Shown here: positions 40,144 to 51,688 of the stretch, piece after piece | Numbering within the stretch: the first letter of the stretch is position 1 | Layout: each line of letters begins with the position of its first letter | Origin: Paramecium tetraurelia | Taxonomy: Eukaryota | Length of the DNA stretch: 64,000 nucleotides | Direction: 5' to 3' | Assembly: GCA_000165425.1 (NCBI GenBank) | Contig: CT868540.1 | Span: forward strand, 62,001-126,000 | Notes under the pieces: model-generated | What the model saw: only the letters and a program-made list of their open reading frames with translations | The model's database searches: none | Told to the model about the DNA's origin: nothing | Translations under genes and position numbers: made by a program

Positions 40144-42793
40144 ATGTCAATAATTATTATGACATTGATTATATAATCCACCATTGTGTCGATATATAAT
40201 GGTGTTACGTAAACTGAGTAAAGTTACTTTTTACTATTGGATATACTCTTATTTTTGGGACAATATGGGTAAAACTTAAAGTTGATTCTATTAATTGGTA
40301 GTATATGTTTGTCGAATGAATTGCTAATTGCGGATGAGGATGTAAATTTTATATTAATGTAGATTAAATGTTATTATATGAGTATGCGATTTGTTCTTAG
40401 TGCCAATGTACTATTGGAAAAACAAAAATCTATTTACTTTTTAAGCTGCCTCTTTTATTTACTTTTCAGGTCCCTTTTATACTTATAACCATTGTCGTAT
40501 TTGACTATCTTTGGATATTTAATGATTTTGATCTAATGTAAAGTTTTGAATAATGCAAAGGTCTTTCTCAAAATATAGGTGATGGAAAATCTAAGAATTA
40601 CCAGACACAATAAATTTTTGAGTTTTTCAAAGCAAGTCTCCCTCTTCCTATTTGTATAATTCAAAATAATTGTATTTAATTTTGCTATTCCTAGAATTTT
40701 TATTTAAAACTGATTAGTTTATAACTGAATACCTAGAAATCACTCCTTAGATTATAAGACTGATATCTTCAGAAAAGAATAAGGATAGCATAACCAATTA
40801 TATATCAAATAAGAGAGCAAATACCAATAAATCATTCACGTATGAAGCAAGAAAGAGATTGAATAATTGCAACGTCTTGTAAAATGATAGTCAAGCTGAA
40901 TTCTATTGCAATGTTAAAAACTACTTTCCTGTGGATATAGAAGTTGCAGAAATAATTTGGGAAGAATAACCAGCTACAATGCTCGTTTTTTAAACTTAAG
41001 AATAGAGATAAGATAAGAATTAGATTAACGATTTAAAGTAAAAGGATTAGTATAAAGACGAGATGTTGGCAAGTGTATCACATGATTTCAAAACACCAAT
41101 CAATGGGATAGTCGCTATTGTGTAATTTTTAGAATCGTAAGCATTTTATATTTAATTTAAGGATTGTAGTTGACTAAAATGAGCTTAATTACTTAAAAAT
41201 ATTAAAGAAATGGGCATAACTATTGTTATTTATGATTAGCGACATTTTGGACTTCTCTAGAATTCAAAACAATACTCTAAGATTAACTAACACTACTTTT
41301 TATATCTAAGTTATTGTCTAAGAGATTATTGATTTGATATCTTTATAAGCTAACCAGAAAGGAATTATAGTGGAGAAAAAAATAACCTTTGGAGATCGAA
41401 TGATGTATTCAGATCCCAATAGAATTAAATAGATCTTATTAAATTTATTAAGTAATTCCCTAAAATTTACTGAGAAGGGCAAAATAAATATTTTGGTTGA
41501 TTATAAATATACAGAATCAGACAGCTAGTATAAAATCATCACAATCAGTGTCTCAGATACAGGAGTAGGCATCCCAGATAATATTAAACCAAAGTTGTTT
41601 TAAATGTATGGTACTTTTGACTTCACTAATAATGGGTCAAACAAACATGGTATTGGCTTGGGATTGGTTATATGCAAAAAGCTAGTGGGATTGTTGGGTC
41701 CATCTGATAAAATTGAATTGAAAAGTTAAGTTGGAATAGGATCAACTTTTAGTTTTGATGTATATATCGATATTGATTAAAGAAATACTATTTCTAAACA
41801 ATATCAAAAGGAAATGACTAATATTTATAAGTAAGATACTAAATAAAGTTTATGTGATCATCAAAATACTAATTTACTCATAACTTCCTAATTCACTATT
41901 TTCAACTAAACAATTCATTAACCAACAATTAACAATAATTTGAGTGGGATGGCAAAAAAGCTCAATAAGAAATCCATATCAACTTTATAGGAAATTAACG
42001 ATAAGAAGTCTCACAAAGCATAATAATTTCGAACCTTAAATCCAAAAAAACCAAAGAAAAAATCTTTACTTTAAAGAGAAAATTCCATTAATAATGTTTC
42101 CCTAATTCTAGAGGATTCTGACTATTCTAAAACAAGAAATATAGAATACTATTTGGAGTTTCATAACGATATTACTTATGCAACATAATTATTTAAAAAC
42201 CAAAGATAAATTGAAATGAATAACAGTCCTATAAATACTCCGTTTTATTAGAATGAAAGTTCTGAGTCTCCAGCTATGCATATTAGACAGCGTAAACCGT
42301 TGTAATTCACTGAATCAATTGAGGATATGATGAGAATCTTATTTCCAGAACCTTGTACAATTTTAGTCGTTGATGATTCACCAGTTAACGTATTTGCATT
42401 CAGATTAATCATGCAAAAATACGATTTCATAACTATTGAAGAAGCATACAACGGAGAATAGGCTCTTTAGAAAATTAGGATGAATATACAAAATGATAGG
42501 AAGTATTAATTTATTTTCATGGATTTAACCATGCCTATCATGAATGGATACGAAGCTACTGAGTAGATTCGAATTATGGTATCATATTTTAAGTTATTTT
42601 TATGTGATTCTAGGAGAAGGATAATTTAATAGAAAAAAGTTTCATAATTGCCCTGACAGGATATGACGATCTCAAGGAGAAAGAGAAATGTTAATAAAAA
42701 GGTTTTGATGCATTTGTTTCTAAGCCTATCAAAATTATTGACATTATCTCTGTAGTTAATGAAGTAAAAAATATAAAAGACCCTTAAATTTGA
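40144..42793 (+). CDS. Second hybrid sensor histidine kinase / response regulator
   Basis: ASVSHDFKTPING, DPNRIKQILLNLLSNSLKFT, DTGVGI, GIGLGLVIC, ILVVDD, IFMDLTMPIMNG, ALTG, KPI. The true start may lie upstream. Confidence 0.92.
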
Positions 42794-42982
42794 TTTTATG
42801 AAAACTTATTTATATTTCTATTTTTGAAGATAACTCAAAGTAAAAGTGCAATCTTTTCTTTGATCCGATAGGACTTTTAGAATTTTATTATTAATATTTT
42901 AATATTGAAATAGTCAGTTCTAAAATTATTCATTAAATTCACATTATTATTTTTTTTTATTAATAAATTTATTGAGCAGTTA

Positions 42983-43198
42983 ATGTCCTCTACACCACGC
43001 CAAATCAAATCACTGAATAAAGAATTATATCTGACCAGCATACCTTATAACAGCAAATTTTAGAGAACTTTTACAAATGAGGAAATGTCAAGTGTGTCGA
43101 AAAAATTAGATTTTGATCAATTTGACAATCAAGTATCAAAATCAAACTTATTGAAAATGAATTCATTACCCCTTAAAGGAATCAGCCACATAAGATGA
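42983..43198 (+). CDS. Small hypothetical protein (71 aa)
   Basis: MSSTPRQIKSLNKELYLTS...SVSKKLDFDQFDNQ...GISHIR*. Confidence 0.5.
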
Positions 43199-43479
43199 TC
43201 GAATTACTAGATAATGATTTTAATTGTATATAGTTTCCTCACACTTTATCAAATTTCACATTCATTATTATACAAAACTATAATTAAAATCATAATCAAC
43301 TTTATAACTCCAAAATAAAAACTTTCTTCATTAATACTTATGTTTACCGATTTAGACACGCACTTATTCTTAAATAACTATGTGATCTTTATAGCCTGAA
43401 TGATTAACTAATACTCTTGATTATCTCCTATTAAGATGTATTTTAATAAGTTTTTATAAATATAATAATTTAACAAACT

Positions 43480-45370
43480 ATGGATCAACAATCATTAAAG
43501 CAAATATTGAGTTCAAGCAATACTTACAGTGGTACAAAGAAGTATTTGGAGGCTATTTAACAATAGCAAAAGTAAAAAAATTGATTTATAATAAGGGATA
43601 TAATCTAAATGTGTTCTGCTGTTGTAATTAGCATTTTGTAAGATTAGCAAGGATCTCATCTATCTAAATTTTATAGTTTGAAAGTACAATCATGCCTTAA
43701 TTTAGTTTATTAATGAATTATTAGAATTGTAAGAATATGATTGGATTGATATGACTTAGAAGAAAATCTTACCAATTTTAGAGGAATATGCAGAATTTAA
43801 AAAGGAGAGTTAAGATGATGAAAGGGGTAAGTATATATTTATTTAAAATACATCATAAAAAAAAAAATATGAATAAGTTAAAGAATTGGAATACGCTGGA
43901 AGCATATTTTTTAGGTATTTGCTTGAAAGTATTTGGGTTTGGAGTAAATGGTTTCCACTTGATACTGTGGCAGGAAAGTTAAGTTTATTTAAAATTGCTT
44001 AAGAGAGACTTTCATTATAAAAGGTTAAATTTCCTCAAATAACATATTTCAATAAAAATTAAGTAATAAATCATATGCAAATCTAAAGGGTACAAAATAT
44101 ATTATATTTTAGCCTCCGAAAGAGATGCTAGAAGAGTGCAGACTTCTTATCAAGGAACATTTGGAAGAAAATTCAAACTCAGACCTTTAGAGTTTTTAGA
44201 AAACTTTAAGAAAAATTTATTTTACTGACAAAAAGCATTAATTACAAAGTCTTAAGTCCTATCCATAAGTATGGAAGGAAACAGTTGATTTGATGAGGTA
44301 AGGCAAAATGGGATAAGATGTTTAGATTAAATTGAGAACTGCTCAAGTATCAATAATGTAGAAGAAATTCTTCTAAGCCACTTAGAATCTAAAAAAAAGC
44401 AAAGTAGCTTTGCAATAATAAGTTTTCAACTTTTCTACAGTTTTAAGCGAAAAGGAAAAATTATTGACGGAGATAAACAATCATATTTTAGAAAAAGATC
44501 TATTAAAAAATTAAATTTCTTAATTACAAAAATAAAACGATGAAAATTTAAAAGAGAATGAAGATCTAAGAATGTAACTTAGTCAGTTGAAACTTAAATT
44601 TGACACAACAGAAGTTTAATAGGAGGCCCCAACTTTATCTAATACATTTAATGATTAATTCTAAAGATCAAAGGATTTAGAACGACAATTACAAAAAAAG
44701 GACATCGAAATTAAGAGACTGAGTGAATAAGTTCAACACTATAAAGGTTTTATTAGTCAAATGAATGGCAATCTTGATCAATTGTAAAAATTATAAGAAT
44801 AAACAGAAATGGAACGATTTTAACTGCATTAAGAAAATCTCAAATCAAATTTGAAGTAAGAAGAACTTTAAAATCAAATAGGTTTATTAAAATAATCAAA
44901 TAATAGACTTAATGAGATTATAAAACAATTATAAACTTAAAACAATCAATAGTATGAAGAATACTTACAAAATTTAGAAAAGAACTCAATATATATTTAA
45001 AAATTGATCTCTGATTAATCTGAAAGTCCAAATCTGAAGTAAAAACAAACTGAATAAATTAAAGAATTGGAACATCAAATTCAAAGATAGAGACAAGAAA
45101 TTGAAAATCTTAAGCAATAATTAGATGATAACTAAAAATCAGGAATGCAATACAATAATTAAACCAAATAATGTATGATTTTTAATAAAACTAGAATATT
45201 ATAGCCAAAAAAATGAGCGAGGTTTAAACAGTAATTCTACAATGTATAAAAATCATAAACTTCCAGATGATATAGAATAAGAATATAATTAAGTGTAAAA
45301 TAAGGCTACACATACTTACCAAAAATAATACGAAAATTAGATATTTTAGGGGTTTTAATAAAAAAAATGA
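43480..45370 (+). CDS. Hypothetical protein with VHS-like helical N-terminus and long coiled coil
   Basis: ...YLLESIWVWSKWFP...ERLSLQKVKFP (VHS-like end) followed by a heptad-rich Q/E/L/K region; several small introns. Confidence 0.7.
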
Positions 45371-45449
45371 CAAAAGACTATTTTTGTTAACAAAAATTTA
45401 AATACGAAATATGTTGGACACTAATTTTATATTTATTATCATTGGTACT

Positions 45450-46268
45450 TCATTACTTACCATCACCTCCCTTCCCTTGATTCTCTTCATCTTTAGGTTT
45501 TTTATCTTCTTTGTTGTTGTTACTTTCTTACTTTTCTCCTTCAACGCTAAACAGAATTCAACTTTAAAAGTACGAGCCGGAAGACTCTGAATTGTGTGAG
45601 TCTTTTGAAGAGCCTCTTGATGAGGACTTTGATTTCTTTTTCGAACTCTTTCGCTTCTTATTCTATTTCTTTTTCTTATCTCTAGATGAACTACTAGATG
45701 AGGAATCTGAACTGGATGAACTCTTCCTTTTTTTATTTTTCTTTTTGTGTTTTTTTCTAGACTCACTAAAATTCATTATTATCTATTTCTTTACCTACTA
45801 CTAGAGCTAGATGAACTAGATGATGATGATCTACGTCTGCAATTCTTAGCACTAAAAAATAGGTAAATGAATAGATATAAAATATATCGTATTCTATAAT
45901 AAATTATTAAGACGATATAAAACTTACAAATGTCCTGAATGACCGCAAGAATAACATAAGCCATTGTTTTTGCTAGGCTTATTTCCACGAGCCATCTCAA
46001 CCTATAAAACCGATCCTTTTACTTCTTCCTTATTCATTTTTTTAACAGCTTTCTCTGCATCTTCAGGATCTTTAAATTCCTATAATTAATTCATGATATC
46101 TACAATGAAACAATATTTTCCCTTCCATGCAAATTCTTCAATTTTCCCAAATTTCTTGAATAACTTTTTAATATCATGTTGATCCTCTTTAAGAGAATAA
46201 CCTGTCACATACACTCTTTTCTTATTCTTCCTAGGTGACCGTGACCTTGATGAACTTGAAGAAGACAT
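45450..46268 (-). CDS. SR-type splicing factor: RRM + CCHC zinc knuckle + S/K/R-rich tail (SRSF7/RSZ-like)
   Basis: SRSRSP, RVYVTG...KFGKI...KYCFIEFKDPEDAEKAV...VEMARG, CYSCGHSGHF|AKNC, poly-Ser; four introns. Confidence 0.88.
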
Positions 46269-47013
46269 ATAATTTAAATAAAGGATACTTTTTTTAATAT
46301 AATTTTTATACTCAATAATTTTATTGTTTTCCAATGTTTCTATTATATTTACTCATTTATTCTCTAAGTGAATACTCAAGACTTGTAAAGCATCCCTAAT
46401 TTAAGTTAATAGTTACAATCATAATTTTGTCATAAAATAATATTATTCTTCACAACTAAATATTTAATTAATGACACTGACTATTCTTAAGAAAAAATTA
46501 AACTTAACCTAATCGCCATAAACACACTTTAAATAACTCAAATTTATTGTGAAGAATTATAACAAAATTATTTTATAATATTTTCTTATGTATTAATTAT
46601 TGATATCTAAATTGATTCAGAGAAGATGTAATTAAATTCATAATAAAATATTATTAGGAACGTTGATTATTATTTTAGCAATGTTATCACCTACTTAAGT
46701 TGAAAATACTATATAGTTGAAGAATTTATAATTAAATATTAATAATAATTTCTTATAATTCTGAGAAGAGGCATAATCTAAAATTCCAAGAGCTATCTTA
46801 TTGATCTCTCAGAAACTTATTTTTCTATTAGATTTGTTGTATTTTTTAATTAGTAATATATATTTATACGCTAAATAAAATTCGAGAGTTTTTGCAATAT
46901 AAATTATTATTATTTTTTTATAAAACTTATAGTAGATTATCTGCCAAGATAAAATGAAATAGTATGAATAAAATTTAAGTTATATAAAATTGATATTATA
47001 AATAATCAAATAT

Positions 47014-48906
47014 ATGTCGACAAAAAATATAAATAAATTGAAACTGAATGCTCTTATGTCACCTGCTTCTTCAAATATTAGGATCTCGAAAAATACTGCT
47101 TAATAATTGTCAAATAATGGTGTTAGTCCGAAAATGTTATCTAAAAGCCCTAACTACTCTCAATACATGCAACATTAATTATCCTAAATTTATACTCCTC
47201 CTAAGGAAAAGTTATCATCGATAATAAATATCTCATAATCAGAGAGATCCGTTTATTCTTTTAGGATTCCAACTTTAAGAATGAAGGAGAAATGCTTTAT
47301 TAAAAAGTAATAATAATATAAATTGGGATAAAGTTCATTTGAAATTAGTCTCACTACTAATACATCCTCAATTTTTATATTCAAAGGATCAATTTAGGAA
47401 ATGAGTCTATTCAAAGTCATTCAAATGACTAGAGCTGAACTATAAGCAAAATCCTCATCAATTTATCAAGCTCGATAAAACTTACTATTAAAGATACAAC
47501 AGAATCTAAACGTTCCAAAAAGTTATACACAATTATCTTTGGGAAATTACGAAGCTATACAATTTATGGAAGAGATTCCTCTCAATTGCAATGTTTTACT
47601 TTTGAGCAAAACAGTAAATAAAGATTTTTGGAATATTATTTTAAATTATCATAATTTTTAATTTACTCCTTAAAAATTCGCAAAAATCCTTACTATCATA
47701 AGTAAAATTAATGAAATAAATGATCTACTTAAATTTATTTTAGATAAAGATGTATTTTATACTTATATGGAATTGAAAGAAGTTTTTCTGAATGAAGATT
47801 TACTTACAATGAAAAGAAATCCCCTAGCAATGAAAGATTTCTATAAGAGTTTAAATGTCTATGATTAAGAGAAATAATAATTCATTGATGAACCAATCAC
47901 GTAAAAATAAATGGAGGCCGATTCCCTTAAAGTTGAACATGATAAAGAAATGAAAAAGGATTTTACACTTTTGAAACTCAATCCAAACCCTAATGATTTT
48001 CAACTCATTTTAGAAAAGGAAGGGTTGTTGAGTCCGTCCAATAAAAGACCGTCTAGTCGATGTAAACTTATTTTATGATTTAGACTTAAAACTCCCTAAT
48101 TTTAGAACTCAATATGGCGAAATATTAAAGTAATAAACGATCTAATAAAAACACAAGTATTACTATTATTTATTGATAACAGGAATAAGTATACCAATAT
48201 ACCAGATCATATAGCAAGAAATATATTGCATATGACTCACTACAATTTCCCATAACTAATGAAGGAAACAGGTTTCGATAGATAAGAAATTTATGAAGTA
48301 TTTAGTCGATATAAAGCTTTACTTAGTTATGAATGTTCTCAAATTCCAGGATTAACGAAAGAGAGTAAAAATATTTCAATTACGTTTAGTGATACCAAAT
48401 GGCATCTCTAGAGAAGCTTTTAATGCTGGCTTAGAAGAATTGTCTATGGCTCCACCTGGAGTGGTAGATCAAATATTTAAATTTTTTGCAAAGTAGAATT
48501 CATTAGGCTTTGAAGGGTTTTTAAAAGCTATCAACTTAATTAGAGCAAAAGGAAATGATAATAAGATTGAACTAATATTGAAAGTAAAAAATTCAAGTTA
48601 TCCAATAGTTAATTGATGAGAACGAGAATGGGCTATTGTCCTATGAGGAAATTAAAAACAGATGTAGTTTTATGATGGAAGAAATGCTGAAGGACTCAAA
48701 GGGTGAATTAAGTGTCAATAACATGATTGAATATGTGACAAGATCAATATTTGATGTAGAGATTTCACTTAAATTTAAAGGCAGTCAAGATGAATTACAA
48801 TGAAGAAATTCCGATTGATAAGATTAGAAAACTGATAGAAAGTAAAACACATGAAGCTTAGGTGTTGATAATGATGTGTTGCGGAGATGTTGATTATCTA
48901 AAATGA
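47014..48906 (+). CDS. EF-hand protein with C-terminal calcineurin-B/NCS-like domain
   Basis: ETGFDRQEIYEVFSRYKAL, VDQIFKIF...GFEGFLKAINLI...KIELILK..IDENENGLLSYEEI. Confidence 0.8.
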
Positions 48907-49179
48907 TATATAATAATAAACCATATCGAAAGATATCTCTGAATTCTAATCAACATTTATGGTTTGAACTATAATCTTGAATATTGTCATTTATAAATTA
49001 AAAATTGAATGTTTTTTAAATTTAAACTATTTAATTCATTCTAATATATTATTGTTTATATTCTATACTATTTCTCAATAGATTGGTATAAATTGATTAT
49101 TTAAGCAAAATATAACTATAATAATTTGAAAAAAAGAACTCATTAAAATGAATATAAATATCACTCAAATTTAGTAATT

Positions 49180-50110
49180 GTAATTTATATCTATCTTGGA
49201 TTTTCTATACTCTCCATTTGCAGCAACAGATATAAAACTCACAAATAATGGGTTGGGCTAAAAGTTTTAAGATTTAAGTTTTGGATGATATTGAAGTAAA
49301 TAATCAAATAATACTTCCATTCTTTAACCAATCTACTTATCTTTTCTAGAAAATGTCAACCCTTTTTCATTCATATCTATGTCTATTTCTTTCCTCTACA
49401 ATATCTGACTCGTATATTGAATATGCGATGGACTCTTTATTTCTACAATCAATTAATTTTATATTCAAATAATGTTTCATGAGTTCCCAATCTCATATTA
49501 TCTGAAAACAACTTTGAATCGATTTCTGGCATGAATACAAAAAAGTTTGTTCCAACTTATAATTCTTTAATTCCTCTGAACTAGCATCCTAAACTCCTTG
49601 AATATTTTTAGCGTATTCAATAACAGCTGCTTATAATCCATCCTGTGTATCTTAGACCGTTGATTCCATTTTATGCAGGCTTTATTTTTTATTTATTATT
49701 CAATATTATTATATAAGGAATGGTAATCTAGAATATATTAATACATTACCAAACCAAGATTATCCTTTCCCTCCTCATTTATCATTATCTAAACAGTTTC
49801 ATAATTGCAAGTGGATTCCAAATCACCCAGAGTTCCTCTTACTTCAACCAACAATATGTCTAGTTTATCAGCCGTATCGTGTTTTGGTGGTACAGTTGTT
49901 AAATGTTAAATCCATCTTTTAATTTCGTCAACAACATGAAGAATAGCCTAAACGGTCTTACCTAATTAGATTCCTTCTCTCTCCTTTTATTTCATAACTT
50001 AAATAGTGTATTGTAGTTAATATGGATCGATTTTCAAAAATAACACTTTAAAACCATTTTAATCAACAGCATTCCTATACTGCTATTTATTGTTCTGGAT
50101 TGCAACACAA
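49180..50110 (-). pseudogene. CTP synthase pseudogene with large internal deletions and frameshifts
   Basis: Ordered remnants SSIGMLL, KIDPY, LGKTVQAILHVVDEIKRWI, VEVRGTLGDLES, KPAQNGINGLRYTG, GLQAAVIEYAKN, ERNRHRYE, QYHPKLKS...PNPLFVSF in shifting frames. Confidence 0.88.
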
Positions 50111-50150
50111 ATAAACTAATACTTACACTTATTTAACATATTAATAAATT

Positions 50151-51553
50151 ATGGATTAAGTTTTTAATCATTTAATAAAAAGGGCAACTCCCTAACCCAT
50201 TGTTAAAGTTGGAACCCCTTGGCAATGCATTCCTATTAAAAATGATAAACAAGCAAGAGATACAACAGAGGTTCATATGGCTAATCAAGGATTTAATGAA
50301 TTGGCATAATTTGATAAGTTCATGAATCTTGAAGTTGTTTGGCTTAATGAGAATTAAGTACAAGATCATCCTTATTTGATTTTAGTTAACCAGTATTAAA
50401 GGAGTTGAATAAAACTTCAGAATTAAACATCTTTATTTACAAAAGAACAAAATTAGTACTCTTGAGGGTCTATAAAATCTGAAGCATTTAGAAACATTGA
50501 GTTTGTTCAACAATGAGTTAAGAGATTTGGAAAAAAATCTTTTGATTTTAAAAGAGTTTCCAGGACTTACAACTTTGGGTTTTAAATTTTCTTATATTGT
50601 CTTAGATTTATTTAATAATCCAGTTGCAGAAGAACCTTATTATAGAAATAGAGTGATTTCAGCTCTCCCTCAATTACAGTTATTAGATCGATCAATAATA
50701 ACTGTCTAGGAAAAGATTAAGGTAGAAGCCTGGTACAAGGATTTCAAAGCGGAAGTTAAAATTAAGAAGAAAGGGTAGAAGAAACAAAAGCTGCTTCCAT
50801 CTTAAATCTTCTCAGCTGGGGAGAAAATACTATACAAGGAGGTGGATGAAATCAAAGCTAAGAGAGAATAAGAAAAGGCTGACGAGATTTAAAGAGAAAG
50901 AACTAGGATCAAGTTAAAGGAAAAAACCTTCGATCCTAATAAATTCCCAACGAATGAATTGAAAGAGTAATTAAGGTAGCGACTTCATGACAATCCAATG
51001 AGTTTAGTGAATGAGTGGGAAAAAGGGAAGCTCAAGAAGATTTTTAAATCATATGACAAAGGTAACAAACTTAAATTTAAATTAGAAAAGAAGGGATCAA
51101 TCACATAAGATAAATTGTAGGGATTGTATGGAGATTTAATGAATGACATAGCTAATATAGGTAAAGTGCCTGCTGTGTCTTTTGAAAAGTTTAAAGAAAC
51201 TATGTCAGAGGATCCATTGCCTTGGGATTCTTTTTGTTTTCAATTAAATCATGTAGATTTCTAAAGAGCTCCTGAAGATTTGCTACAAAAGAAAATTGAT
51301 GAGAAATATAAAGAATTTAATAGAAGATTAAATGCAGGAAAGAAGGCTGAAGCTAAAGAATTCATGATAGAGGCAGTGAGACTGGAGGCAGCTAGAGATA
51401 AGGATGAGCACAAGTAAATTAAGATAATATATATAAAGATTGCCAGAAATTGTACCTGAGGACAATACTAAAGTAAGGAGTGATTGTTTTGATTTTTCAA
51501 GATATAAGTATAAGTAGAATTTCACTGATACTGCAAAATATCTTTTATAGTGA
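50151..51553 (+). CDS. LRRC72-like leucine-rich repeat protein with C-terminal EF-hand-like region
   Basis: EVHMANQGF...NLEVVWLNEN, IKHLYLQKNKISTL, LETLSLFNNELRDL, LDLFNNPVAEEPYYRNRVISALPQLQLLDR. The 5' ATG is not in frame as assembled. Confidence 0.78.
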
Positions 51554-51688
51554 ATTTATATCAATATCAATATATTATTAACCATTACAATTATATCGTA
51601 TTTGAGATAAGCATCTTGAAAAGCTATTGCAATTGAGTAATTGATGTTCCACTTAAAATTAATTTAATAATATAAAACTATTGAATAT

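Noticed and set aside
37762..42793. Bacterial contamination or recent horizontal transfer of the histidine kinases
   Set aside because: Both genes use TAA/TAG as Gln, have tiny spliceosomal introns and match host composition.
43931..43945. Telomere-like tttgggtttgg
   Set aside because: Under two units and inside coding sequence (IWVW); no telomeric array in the window.
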